A stretch of 64,000 nt of DNA. Origin: Nitrososphaeria archaeon. GTDB taxonomy: Archaea > Thermoproteota > Nitrososphaeria > JACIWG01. The translations under genes and the position numbers were made by a program. Location of the stretch: positions 43,586 through 107,585 of the forward strand of contig JBEKIG010000006.1 in NCBI GenBank assembly GCA_050011875.1, in the 5' to 3' direction. The notes under the pieces are model-generated. The model had not been told where the DNA came from. It made no database searches and saw only the letters and a list, made by a program, of their open reading frames with translations. Positions 10,130 to 20,219 of this stretch are shown in pieces; position 1 is the first letter of the stretch; every line of letters starts with the position of its first letter.

Positions 10130-11134
10130 TTGAAAGCACAAGTTTGCAGTCGTATTGGTCCGATTGAAAGCGGGGTAATGTCTTACGAATCTGTTCCGGA
10201 CCCTAAATTTGAGCCTAACAAGGTACTTATTAGAATAAAAGCCTGCGGTGTTTGCCATTCGAACCTCAGTATGATAGAGGGAGAATTTCAGATTTTCGGC
10301 GTTCCCTCTAAACTCCCAATAATCCCTGGTCACGAAATAACTGGAGTTATTGAGAAAGTAGGGAAGGATACGAAGGGAGTTCGAGAAGGACAGAGGGTGG
10401 GCGTTCAGGTACTATATGACAGCTGTGGCAAATGTGATTACTGTTTGACCGGAAACGAAAACCTGTGTTTGACAAAAAATGCGACAGGAGAAACCGTCGA
10501 TGGGGGCTACGCCGAATACATTGCTGCACCATATGATTACATTTACGAGCTGCCGGACAATGTGGGGTATGAAGAAGGGGCGCCTCTCTTTTGCCCCGGT
10601 GTAACAGCATACCGCGCTGTAAGGAGGGCTGGTATAAAACCCGGGCAAAGCGTTGCAGTAATAGGCATAGGCGGCGTAGGCCACATGTCCCTGCAGTTCG
10701 CAAAATTAGCTGGCGCTGAAACGATAGCCATTGACAAGTCTGAAGGCCAGTTAAAACTCGCTGAGGAACTTGGAGCCGATCACGTCCTTCTGTCAGAAGA
10801 TGTCAAGGATTACATATCAAAAAAAGAAAAGGTGGACGTAGCAATGGTTCACGCGCCCTCACAAAAAGCAGTTGACCAAGCGTTGAGCATTGTCAAACAC
10901 GGTGGGGTCGTGCTGATGGGCGTGTTAGGCAACGTCAACGTAGTCTTTCCGGAAGAAATTTCTATTGTATCAAGTGTAATAGGCTCGAGACATGAAATGA
11001 GAGAGGTTCTAAAGATCGCGTCAATGGGAAAAGTGAAGGTTAAATGGACAGCATATAAGCTCAGAGAAGCGAACAATGTACTCAAAAAGTTGAAACAGGG
11101 TCAGATAGTGGGAAGAGCGGTCTTAGTTCCATAA
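10130..11134 (+). CDS. Zinc-dependent alcohol dehydrogenase (MDR family)
   Basis: ACGVCHS, PGHEITG, structural-Zn CGKCDYCLTGNENLC and GIGGVG. Confidence 0.92.
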   Translation: MKAQVCSRIGPIESGVMSYESVPDPKFEPNKVLIRIKACGVCHSNLSMIEGEFQIFGVPSKLPIIPGHEITGVIEKVGKDTKGVREGQRVGVQVLYDSCGKCDYCLTGNENLCLTKNATGETVDGGYAEYIAAPYDYIYELPDNVGYEEGAPLFCPGVTAYRAVRRAGIKPGQSVAVIGIGGVGHMSLQFAKLAGAETIAIDKSEGQLKLAEELGADHVLLSEDVKDYISKKEKVDVAMVHAPSQKAVDQALSIVKHGGVVLMGVLGNVNVVFPEEISIVSSVIGSRHEMREVLKIASMGKVKVKWTAYKLREANNVLKKLKQGQIVGRAVLVP

Positions 11135-11289
11135 GATAATCAATCTCTCAAATGAATTTCAATCCCACTTTTTTTGAGCTCACGCGTACGATTGTTTCCG
11201 ATTTTTTTATTTAATAATATGCCAGAAAGCCTCAAACAGAGTAGTATTGCCTAAGAAAAAAAGGTGGGCCTGCGACTACAACGATACCT

Positions 11290-12597
11290 TTAGAGTTTGT
11301 GAGAAGCTAATTCAACAATGTCCTCGTAGTTCTGTAAGAAGCAATTCGTGTAAATCATGTGGGGTGGAATGACAAGGCCGGGGTTGACCCTTGTCTGAAT
11401 GAGACTGCAGCCCGCCCCTATGCGTACTGCGTTGCCTATGACCGATCCCGATCCGATATACGTGGAATTTTCAAGGGTTGACTCTATAACGACCTTTCTG
11501 CCAACTATGCTGTCCGAAACCTTGGCGTAATTTTCAATTCTCACAGCGTCTAAGATCGCTGACCTTTCTACTTCTACATGATCACGTAATATGCAGAAGT
11601 TGTCGATGTTAGAATCCGAGATCCTAGAGTTGTCCCCTATTCTTGTGTGTCTACCTATTAGGGCAGCGCCTTCTATAGACAATTTTTTTTCATTGTACTT
11701 TTTGATGATTTCTTCCCTTCTCTTGACTGATTCTTCACTGTATCCTTGAATCCAGACGTTCCTGCCCGGTATAGCCCTTTCTTCTGTGATTCTTATGTTC
11801 AGGTTTCCATAAAGCACATCATGCATTGCCTTCAAATATCTTCCAGGTGTGCCTATATCATACCAGACATTTAATTCGTAGGAGTAGACGGGATAGTTTT
11901 TCTCAATAAAGTATGGTATGATGTCATATCCGAAGTCTAGCCTCTTTCTCTCCTCCAGCATTTTCCTTATTTCTTCGCTTTCAACTATTGTTCGAACTTC
12001 TGGAGAAAGCAGGTATAGGCCAGCGTTTGCAAGATTGCTCGGTGCTTTACCTGCAGAAGGTTTTTCAACAAAATTTTTGATCCGAAAGTCATCGGCTACA
12101 TCGGCTATGCCGAACTCTTCAGTATTGTCGACTCTAGCAAGGGCGATGGTCATAATCGCTTTAGTGTCTACATGCCTTTTTACGAACCCTTTCAGGTCGA
12201 TGTTGAAAACATTGTCTCCTTGAACTACCAACACCGGGTCGCGGACGTCATAGTATCCGATGTTAAGCCTATACGAGTCAGCGCTTCCTAGATCGTCAAG
12301 GTTCGGTTGATGTTTTATGTGCGCCCTCGGCTGGATCCTATACTTAGCTGAGAATCCTACTCCCTCCCCATATTGATCAAAAAGGTTTGAATAATTTGTG
12401 TAACCATTTTCCCCAAAAATAAAGCTCTTTATTCCCTGTTCAGCCAAGGTTGCCATAGCGAATTCGATTAACGGTCTATTCAGGAATCTAATACAAGGCT
12501 TCGAAATATCCTGCGTTAAAGGCCTTAATCTTTTGGCTTGGCCTCCTACAGGGATAAAGCACTTGATCTTTCCTATATCCACGCTATATCTTAGCAC
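11290..12597 (-). CDS. NDP-sugar pyrophosphorylase (mannose/glucose-1-phosphate nucleotidyltransferase family)
   Basis: GGQAKRLRPLT...SKP, VQGDN, FVEKP, WYDIGT and C-terminal left-handed beta-helix hexapeptide repeats. Confidence 0.88.
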   Translation of the reverse strand: MLRYSVDIGKIKCFIPVGGQAKRLRPLTQDISKPCIRFLNRPLIEFAMATLAEQGIKSFIFGENGYTNYSNLFDQYGEGVGFSAKYRIQPRAHIKHQPNLDDLGSADSYRLNIGYYDVRDPVLVVQGDNVFNIDLKGFVKRHVDTKAIMTIALARVDNTEEFGIADVADDFRIKNFVEKPSAGKAPSNLANAGLYLLSPEVRTIVESEEIRKMLEERKRLDFGYDIIPYFIEKNYPVYSYELNVWYDIGTPGRYLKAMHDVLYGNLNIRITEERAIPGRNVWIQGYSEESVKRREEIIKKYNEKKLSIEGAALIGRHTRIGDNSRISDSNIDNFCILRDHVEVERSAILDAVRIENYAKVSDSIVGRKVVIESTLENSTYIGSGSVIGNAVRIGAGCSLIQTRVNPGLVIPPHMIYTNCFLQNYEDIVELASHKL

Positions 12598-12760
12598 AGC
12601 ACAATAATTTAAACCATGCTAGCAGCATAAAACGTCATATTTCATCTTCTCCTTGGTCATGATGGGTGTATCAGAGCGAAGCCAGCTGAATTTCAGTAAA
12701 CGGTGTTTAAATAAAGCTATAACTTTATCACCCTATTCTGAGTATTCTAGGCGATGGTTT

Positions 12761-13264
12761 ATGGTAGAAATTAAGTCACTTTTTGAATATAACTGGTATT
12801 GTAGGGCCAAGTTCCTCGACGCAATGTCGAAGCTTCCTTGGGAAAAAGTTGTAGAGAACCGTGAAGCGAGCTTCAACTCTATGAGAAACGTCTTCCTCCA
12901 CAGCCTTGGAGCTGAGGAGGGCTGGTTGAAGCGCATTACTCTTGGAAAAATGGATTTTTGGCCGGTCCACGATTATGACAAGGACTTCAAAGGCATAGAA
13001 GAAATGAGAAAATACATGGTGAAGGTTGAGACAGAGAGCCGAGCCTACCTTGCAAAGCTCACGCCGCAGGATCTCGACAGGACGGTCTCTTGGCTGGGCA
13101 AAGACAATACAATGAACAGTTTCCGAGTTGAGGACATACTGTTACATGTTATAGAAGAGGAAATACACCACAGAGGAGAAATTCTCTGCCTCATGTGGCA
13201 GATCAACGCTACGCCGCCATACACAAGCTACACCCAATATCTGAAAGATACAAAGAAGGTATAG
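12761..13264 (+). CDS. DinB family protein
   Basis: LFEYNWYCR N-terminus, FLHSLGAE and LLHVIEEEIHHRGE His-triad-like motif. The ATG at 12761 is preferred over the ORF-track start at 12653. Confidence 0.85.
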   Translation: MVEIKSLFEYNWYCRAKFLDAMSKLPWEKVVENREASFNSMRNVFLHSLGAEEGWLKRITLGKMDFWPVHDYDKDFKGIEEMRKYMVKVETESRAYLAKLTPQDLDRTVSWLGKDNTMNSFRVEDILLHVIEEEIHHRGEILCLMWQINATPPYTSYTQYLKDTKKV

Positions 13265-13373
13265 TGGCTTCAAACAAAATTAGAGATTTTCATGACCAAA
13301 GTTTTCCTTTTAAATTAAGTGTCGAAATTTTAAATACCTATATTCAAAGTAATCGTAATTGAGTGTGATGTAA

Positions 13374-14732
13374 ATGAGTTCGGTCATGAGACTTAGGCTT
13401 AATGAAAGGGAAGAAAACGGTAATCCTGTAAAGGTGGGCGTTATTGGCGCGGGCTTCTTTGGTTGTTCTGCAATAGGGCAGGTATCAAGAATACCAGGAA
13501 TCAAGGTCTCCATCATAGCAGACGTCTACAGAGATAAGGCGCTCCGCGCGTACGTAAAATTTGCTCGATGTAACCCAAAGAATGTCGTAGAGGTCAAGGA
13601 TGTTGACACAGCGAACCATTACATAGAGAAGGGTACCCCCGCGATTACAACCAATAGCAGAGTATTGATAGACAGCAACTTGGACGTCATCCTTGAATCA
13701 ACCGGTATTCCAGAAGTAGCTGCTAGGCACGCTTACGATGCGATAAACAAGAAAAAGAACATCGTCATGGCTACGGTTGAAGCTGAATGCGTAGTTGGGC
13801 CACTTTTGGCCAAGATGGCACAAGAAAAAGGTGTTGTCTATAGCCAAGCTTTTGGAGACCAACCAGCTTTGATAGCAGAGCTTTATGATTGGGCGACATC
13901 CTGTGGATTTAAAGTCGTAGCTGCCGGTGAAGGAACCGCGGCAAGGCTCGAATGGAGACATTTAAGCCCTGATGACGCGTTAAAGCGATTCGGTTTTACA
14001 CAGGAAGAAATAGTTCGTCTAAGACTGAACCCAAAGATGTACAACTCTTTCCTTGACACGACGAAATGTGCAGTAGAAATGGTCGCTGTCTGCAATGCGA
14101 CAGGATTGAAGCCGGATGTTAGAGGCATGCACTTTCCCTTAGGTTCGATGAAAGATGTGCCCAGGCTCCTAAGTTTGAAGAAGGATGGAGGAATTTTAGA
14201 AAATGAGGGTATCGTCGATGTGATCACCCGCGTACGTCCGAATGGAAAAAGAATCAGACGCGATATACGCTGGGGTGTATTTGTCGTGGTCACTACTGAT
14301 AGCAGAGATGTCAGAGGTCTCTTCAAGACCTACGAAGCACCAAGAGGTGGAAGGGGTAAAAATGCCCTATTCTATAGACCGTCTCATTGGGCTGGCCTTG
14401 AAGCATCGATGTCCTTGATTCAAGTAGCACTATACCATGAGCCGACTGGAGTGCCACTTCCTAAGGCACCTTCTGCGGAGGTTCTAGCTGCAGCCAAGAA
14501 GACACTGAAGCCTGGAGAAACATTGGATGGCGGGGGAGGGCACTCAGTCTATGGTATTGCTGAAAGAGCAGATATGGCAAGAAAGGAAGATCTGTTGCCT
14601 CTTGGACTTGCCGAAGGCATTCATCTTGTCAAAGAGGTTCCTCCAGATGGGATAATAAGATACGAGGATGTCGAACTGAACGAGGACTCCTTCCTTCTCA
14701 AGCTGAGACGGATACAAGACAAGGCATTCTAG
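13374..14732 (+). CDS. Homoserine-dehydrogenase-like NAD(P)-binding oxidoreductase with C-terminal SAF domain
   Basis: GVIGAGFFG, GDQPA, NPKMYNSFLDTTK, and SAF-like AKKTLKPGETLDGGGG...LPLGLA. Confidence 0.85.
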   Translation: MSSVMRLRLNEREENGNPVKVGVIGAGFFGCSAIGQVSRIPGIKVSIIADVYRDKALRAYVKFARCNPKNVVEVKDVDTANHYIEKGTPAITTNSRVLIDSNLDVILESTGIPEVAARHAYDAINKKKNIVMATVEAECVVGPLLAKMAQEKGVVYSQAFGDQPALIAELYDWATSCGFKVVAAGEGTAARLEWRHLSPDDALKRFGFTQEEIVRLRLNPKMYNSFLDTTKCAVEMVAVCNATGLKPDVRGMHFPLGSMKDVPRLLSLKKDGGILENEGIVDVITRVRPNGKRIRRDIRWGVFVVVTTDSRDVRGLFKTYEAPRGGRGKNALFYRPSHWAGLEASMSLIQVALYHEPTGVPLPKAPSAEVLAAAKKTLKPGETLDGGGGHSVYGIAERADMARKEDLLPLGLAEGIHLVKEVPPDGIIRYEDVELNEDSFLLKLRRIQDKAF

Positions 14733-14783
14733 GAAGATATGAAGTTTCCAGTGTCTTGATTAGTCTATATATTGTGGTCTTTT

Positions 14784-15014
14784 CTATAGTTCGAATTCTT
14801 CAATAAGACCTTTCTCCTTGAGCCTTCTTAAAGCATAAGAAATCTCCCATAGATGGCAGTCTGTTGAGCGCCAGAGTTCCGAAAGGTTAACCTTTCCTTC
14901 TTTTCTGATCTTTTGGAGAAGCTCCTTTTCAAGTTCCTCGACATTTCTTCTGTTCTCTAGCGTTCGATGTGGCCCAACTACAATGTTCATAAACTCTTCA
15001 GGAAGCTCCTCCAT
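14784..15014 (-). CDS. Small winged-helix protein
   Basis: 76 aa; the pattern VNLSELWRSTDCHLWEISYALRRLKEKGLIEE fits a wHTH. Confidence 0.65.
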   Translation of the reverse strand: MEELPEEFMNIVVGPHRTLENRRNVEELEKELLQKIRKEGKVNLSELWRSTDCHLWEISYALRRLKEKGLIEEFEL

Positions 15015-15296
15015 ATAATCTGTTAGATAGAGGAGATGCCTCTCTTTTAAGAGTTTACAGGGACACCATTATCGCAGGTTTGGCCTTATTTAATTCCTAC
15101 ACAGTTGACATGAAGTCAAAGGTTCAGGACGAGGTGATAATTGCATAGAAAAAAAGGATCTTATTCTTATTACATAGAAAGGATTTGTTAGACCCCCTTA
15201 AACATTCTGAATGTCACGGAAGCAGGATATAAGTTAGTTAAAAATATAGAAAACATATAAATATTTTTATATGAGAAACTTATCTCACCCCAAAAT

Positions 15297-15800
15297 ATGG
15301 GTTCAAAATCAAAGCCGACTACCGCTTACGTATTATCGCTTATTTCTGGGGTTCTGATTTTTATAGGAGGCATATGTAACTTAATAGTCAGTGTTTTAGT
15401 AAGAGCCTACATTAGAACATTTTTAGGCCGATACAGACCGCCGTTGATGCTGATCTGGCGACCCGGTTTGGGTATTGTATGGAGCATAGTTGGAATGGCG
15501 TTCGGGGTCATCGTCATATATTCGGCTTTAATGCTCAACTCGGCACCCAAGAACCATACTATGTGGGGAACGCTCATCTTAGTGTTCTCCCTACTAAGCT
15601 TCATGGGTGCTTTAGCTGGTCTCGGAGCAGGTCTTATCCTTGGAGTAGTCGGTGGTGTTCTAGTGATTAATTGGAAAGAACCTGCCTTAACTCCAACTGC
15701 TGTCCTAGGGTTAACTGTTAAATACTGCGTACAGTGTGGCCAAGCTATACCCGCAGATGCCAAGTTTTGTCCACATTGCGGAAAAGAGGCACCAGCATAG
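15297..15800 (+). CDS. Membrane protein (DUF6114-like) with C-terminal zinc ribbon
   Basis: About four TM segments followed by CVQCG...AKFCPHCG. Paralogous to 49588-49974. Confidence 0.8.
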   Translation: MGSKSKPTTAYVLSLISGVLIFIGGICNLIVSVLVRAYIRTFLGRYRPPLMLIWRPGLGIVWSIVGMAFGVIVIYSALMLNSAPKNHTMWGTLILVFSLLSFMGALAGLGAGLILGVVGGVLVINWKEPALTPTAVLGLTVKYCVQCGQAIPADAKFCPHCGKEAPA

Positions 15801-15860
15801 TATCATAATGCCACATCTTGTACGAAAAAGATGGGGTGAGGCATGCCAAATAGGATTTGC

Positions 15861-17033
15861 CTACTCGTAGGTCCTTATGCCTGTCCTGTGTTTCTCTATG
15901 AAATCCCAATTCAGTTCCACGCCAAGGCCAGGCCCCTCGGTGATCTTAATATTCCCTTCACTGTCGATGGCGTTAAGTCCCTGCTTGTGCCCACTGAGAT
16001 AGAGTTCCTCGGGCTCCCATATGTCAACCTTCGGGTGAACCAGTCCCCATTCTAAGAAGTTGGTGTTCCTAATCGCGGCCATACACTGCTGACAGGTGAT
16101 GCCTCCTCCATGCATCTCTACATCTAGACCGAAGCCCTCTGCCGCGTGGGCTACCTTCATGACCCCAGTAATGCCTCCATCTTTGTCGACATCTCCTCGG
16201 ACGAAGTCTGTGCCTTCGGCGACGATGAAGTCGACCTTTGGATAGACAGTGCGGAGATGCTCGGTTTGGAGCAGAGGAGTCTTCAGCAGTTGGCGGAGCT
16301 TGCGGTGGGCGAAGGCAGAGATTCCCCCGTCCCTGAACGGGTCCTCTAGCCAGAAGAAGTTCTCCTCATCACAGGCCCTCCCGATCTCTAGGGCATTCGC
16401 CCATGTCGGGTACTCGCAGGCAGGGTCAATCATGAGCTTCATCTTGTCACCAATCCGTTCCCCAACGGCATGTATCGTCGCGATCTCCTGTTTGATGCGT
16501 TTAGGCGTGTCAAAGCCCCACCCGTGGATCTTGAAGCCAGTGTACCCCATCTTCAAGCACTGCTCAGCGAAATCGGCGTAGGCATCAGGGCTGTCAAGAC
16601 CTCCTTTCAGATTGTCGGCATGCATAGTACTAGCGTAGGCTGGCAGGGTTTTCCGGTAGTAGCCTAGAAGTTCGTATATCGGCGCATCGAAGTACTTTCC
16701 GGCCAAATCCCAAAGGGCAACATCTATCGGCGCCAGCCCTAGGCCTGCAAAATGCCTGAGGCCCCGCCAAATGTTTGACCAGAGATACTCCCGTTCAAGG
16801 GCGTTCTTGCCTATGAGGAAACGCGAGATAATGGGGATGGTGAAGAGGTCTCCTGTCAAGAATTCTCCGATTTGTCCACCGTCCGTGAAGATCCTGAGCA
16901 CGCTGCCTTGACTCTTGATTACATTACCTGGTCTCCAGACCATGTTGAAGCCGTAGTCATAGCCTACATTTCGTCTCTTGTATTCAAACTCGTCCACCAC
17001 TATTTTCTTTATCAATAGTTTTTCCTTAGTCAA
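15861..17033 (-). CDS. Mandelate racemase/muconate lactonizing enzyme (enolase superfamily) protein
   Basis: DVALWDLAGK, LPAYAST, GFKIH, MIDP, WLEDP, GGITG and GPGLGVELNWD. Confidence 0.9.
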   Translation of the reverse strand: MTKEKLLIKKIVVDEFEYKRRNVGYDYGFNMVWRPGNVIKSQGSVLRIFTDGGQIGEFLTGDLFTIPIISRFLIGKNALEREYLWSNIWRGLRHFAGLGLAPIDVALWDLAGKYFDAPIYELLGYYRKTLPAYASTMHADNLKGGLDSPDAYADFAEQCLKMGYTGFKIHGWGFDTPKRIKQEIATIHAVGERIGDKMKLMIDPACEYPTWANALEIGRACDEENFFWLEDPFRDGGISAFAHRKLRQLLKTPLLQTEHLRTVYPKVDFIVAEGTDFVRGDVDKDGGITGVMKVAHAAEGFGLDVEMHGGGITCQQCMAAIRNTNFLEWGLVHPKVDIWEPEELYLSGHKQGLNAIDSEGNIKITEGPGLGVELNWDFIEKHRTGIRTYE

Positions 17034-17053
17034 ATATAGACACTATCAAACTA

Positions 17054-17074
17054 TCTTCAATTCCCAACTTATTA
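17054..17074 (+). repeat. 21-bp direct repeat, copy 1
   Basis: tcttcaattcccaacttatta, identical to 18589-18609. Confidence 0.85.
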
Positions 17075-17247
17075 TTATTTATAAAAAGTTTTATTCCACT
17101 ATTTCGGATCTCACATTATAGATCATATTGATGGAATATAATTCGACGAAGTTATCAAAGTTAGTTATATTGTGGACTAGTGGAGATTGAGAAGTGGCAT
17201 TGAAAATGACTTCAAGCCTTAAATACCTTGTGTTCTAATATTTTAAT

Positions 17248-18273
17248 TTGTTGTCAGCCCAGAAATCTGAGGACGACGGCCTTCAGAAGGAATGGGATGC
17301 CGCCAGGGACGTGCTTAAGGCCTTTGACGACCGTATTGATGCGCTCAGGAGGAATGGTTTCAGTTTCGTCACAGCCCTGTTAGCAGCACAGTCTCTCCTC
17401 ATCCCTTATGTTGCAGGAAGCACTGGTAATAGCAGTTCACTTCCAGATAACGTCAAATTCGTTATCGTGTCTGTTACGATGTTGCTCGTATTCACATTGA
17501 AGCTAATCGAAGGCGGGTATCAGTCATTTGAACGTGCAGCAACTACCAGGGCATTAGTTATCGAAAAGAAACTGAATATAGAATTGACTGAAATCATCGA
17601 CTTAAGATTTAGAAAGGATCACATCCGATTGTGGATGACTCTCGTATACGTGCTTTTCATAATCGGCGCTCTACTTGTCGGTTGGTTCAGCATCATTGAT
17701 CCATACTGGAAGAATCTTCTCATCCTCTCTACAACAATGGCTATAATCGGCACGGTGGCCCTAAACTGGGTGTTCAATTTGAAGTTCCCCTATGGTGAAG
17801 AGGACTGGACAATAGAGAAGTTGGAATGCGGTCTAAACGACGAAGTCGGAATAACAATGACTAACCTGAGCGGACACAGAGTAATTGAATTGAATGAAGA
17901 AGATCTGCTATGGGAAATCAGACCTGAAGGCTATGATCGTCCGGTCCACATAGAGAAGGCAAAGGTCCATTCTGTAATTCCCCCTAAAGCCTGCTTCACT
18001 TGGTCTTGGAAGGTCAAGAGCGAAGAAGGGTGCCTGCCGGTCGTGCCTGGAGTATATTGGGTATTCCCGACTCAATCCAAAAGAGATGGACGCGAGAGGT
18101 ATCGGGACTATCGGAGGCTTGGGGAAGCTCCTCTCACTAATGTGAAGAACAAACTATTGCGAAGAAAAGTCAAGGGGATTCCAATGCCACTCCCAAGAGC
18201 GGTTAGAGTCGTAGACACATCCAAGACTGAACCAGCCATGGATAACACGAAAGCCCAAGTTCAGACTAATTAA
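17248..18273 (+). CDS. Hypothetical membrane protein (about 4 TM plus soluble C-terminal domain)
   Basis: 341-aa ORF with four hydrophobic segments and a TATA-like ctttaaata at about 17218. No family recognised. Confidence 0.7.
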   Translation: MLSAQKSEDDGLQKEWDAARDVLKAFDDRIDALRRNGFSFVTALLAAQSLLIPYVAGSTGNSSSLPDNVKFVIVSVTMLLVFTLKLIEGGYQSFERAATTRALVIEKKLNIELTEIIDLRFRKDHIRLWMTLVYVLFIIGALLVGWFSIIDPYWKNLLILSTTMAIIGTVALNWVFNLKFPYGEEDWTIEKLECGLNDEVGITMTNLSGHRVIELNEEDLLWEIRPEGYDRPVHIEKAKVHSVIPPKACFTWSWKVKSEEGCLPVVPGVYWVFPTQSKRDGRERYRDYRRLGEAPLTNVKNKLLRRKVKGIPMPLPRAVRVVDTSKTEPAMDNTKAQVQTN

Positions 18274-18588
18274 GATATAACGAAACCGAGACGGTTTAAC
18301 ACCCAAATATGACATCTAACATAACCCTGCTCCCAAGTAATTCTCTTCTCGATATGATTGGAGGTGGTCATCTTCGTTTCACCAGGTACCACTCTCCATT
18401 TCGCCCTTGTTAGGCGGTTTGACTTTAGGTAGTTCGCACTTGAGGATACCACACTAGATTTAATCAAAAGATGATGTCAAGAAAATATGAATGGATGAGA
18501 GAAGATTCTACTTCAATTAGATTATAAGGAGATATATGAGATTATAAGAAGATATAGTTGGGTTTTGGGGCTAAACTTTTATTTGATT

Positions 18589-18609
18589 TCTTCAATTCCC
18601 AACTTATTA
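18589..18609 (+). repeat. 21-bp direct repeat, copy 2
   Basis: Identical to 17054-17074. Confidence 0.85.
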
Positions 18610-18828
18610 GTTTTGCCAGAACTGAGGACAATATAAGACACCCCCGATCACTAGGGGTGATCTTGAAACAATAAGGCTCCGAATAACTAATCCACATCTT
18701 TTGTGAGAGAACCGTTTAGAGCATGCTTACTCTTTCTCGAAGATCAGTGCACATGTCACAAATATTAGGTATCTGCTCATTGGAACTCTAACACTTGCTC
18801 TAATCATCGAAATAGATTGATATCTGTC

Positions 18829-19830
18829 CTATGTAAAGTATGGGCCTTTCGGAGGAACTATTTGGTCAATCCTTTCTAGATCCTCTTTACCTAAAACAAG
18901 CTCGGTAGCGCCAAAGCTTTCTTCAAATTGCTGAACACTTGACGCGCCTACAATTGGTGCTGTGATAGCGGGATTAGCCAACATCCAAGCTAGAGCAACC
19001 TGAATCAACGGCCGTCCAAGTTGCTTAGAAAAGTCTTCCAGTTTCTGTACTATTTTGGTGTTGTTAGGATTTTCCCAAGATAACCCTTTGTACATCTTAA
19101 AGAACGTAGGGCTGGTGGTGGCTCTACTACCAGCAGGAGGTGGAGCATCAGCTTTGTATTTTCCTGACAGAACTCCGCCAGCAAATGGGGCGTAAGGCAC
19201 GATACCGATTCCTTGATCCATGCATAATGGTATTATTTCTCGTTCAATCTCTCTGTTAAGAAGGTTATAGAGAGGTTCTATAACTACAAAGCTTTCAAGA
19301 TCGTAGACCTCACTAGTCCATAAAGCTTTGCATAGTAGCCAAGCTGAAAAGTTCGAACATCCAATATAATGAACCTTACCACAGCGAACTAGATCAGAAA
19401 GAGCACCAAGGGTCTCTTCTAAGGGAACAGGCTCCCCAACAATCCCCTTAATGTTATCGACGTTACTTTCCCTATGAAGGTATAAAATATCGATGTAATC
19501 GGTGTCCAGCCTTCTAAGGCTTTCTTTTACAGCGTACATTATATGCTTGCGACTTAATCCTTCATCGTTGGGGCCTTCGCCCATGCGGTGTCTTACCTTT
19601 GTAGCTAGGACAATCTGTTCTCTCATGCCTTTGATCGCTCTGCCGATGATCTCTTCAGATCTTCCTTTAGCGTAGATGTTTGCTGTGTCGATAAAGTTTA
19701 CACCGAGGTCTACAGCTCTTTTTATGATACTAGTTGCTGTAGTTTCATCGACAGTAGAACCGAAATATGCGGTCCCCAAGCAGATTTCTGAAACATTGAC
19801 GCCACACTTTCCAAGACGCTTGTACTTCAT
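18829..19830 (-). CDS. Aldo/keto reductase
   Basis: GVNFIDTANIY, LATK, SLRRLDTDYIDILYLH, YIGCSN and YNLLNREIE. Confidence 0.92.
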   Translation of the reverse strand: MKYKRLGKCGVNVSEICLGTAYFGSTVDETTATSIIKRAVDLGVNFIDTANIYAKGRSEEIIGRAIKGMREQIVLATKVRHRMGEGPNDEGLSRKHIMYAVKESLRRLDTDYIDILYLHRESNVDNIKGIVGEPVPLEETLGALSDLVRCGKVHYIGCSNFSAWLLCKALWTSEVYDLESFVVIEPLYNLLNREIEREIIPLCMDQGIGIVPYAPFAGGVLSGKYKADAPPPAGSRATTSPTFFKMYKGLSWENPNNTKIVQKLEDFSKQLGRPLIQVALAWMLANPAITAPIVGASSVQQFEESFGATELVLGKEDLERIDQIVPPKGPYFT

Positions 19831-19924
19831 TAATATTCACTGAATTGATTGGAAGTGTTGCTGTAACTTATTTAAGTCTTGTCAATTCTTGGAATAGAGA
19901 GTTTTTTTAGCCTATTTCCTTTAT

Positions 19925-20168
19925 CTATGATTCTATGCTAATATATTTTTTCAATATATTTACATAATGTTTGTAGTTATTAAATGAGACATCAAATAGA
20001 ACTTTGTGATCAACACTCGCTATGAATCCTCCTTCTTCGACAAGAGATGAGATTTTTCTTTTTACTTCTTCGTCTATTTCTGAGCCGCCTTTTATTAATA
20101 TCCTCTTATCAATGTCTCCTATCAGAGGGAGCTTATGCCTAAAGTTACAAACATTGTTGATGTCCCCA
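19925..20168 (-). pseudogene. C-terminal remnant of a uroporphyrinogen decarboxylase/MtaA-family protein
   Basis: Startless frame translated by hand as LPLIGDIDKRILIKGGSEIDEEVKRKISSLVEEGGFIASVDHKVLFDVSFNNYKHYVNILKKYISIES*. It is absent from the ORF track. Confidence 0.65.
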
Positions 20169-20219
20169 TATTTACATTAGAAAAGTTAAGTACAAGATAT
20201 TAAATAAAGAAGTGATTGT

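Noticed and set aside
18490-18580. Purine-rich low-complexity tract resembling 60860-60945
   Set aside because: The similarity is mostly compositional (GA/ATAAGA-rich) and does not give a convincing alignment.
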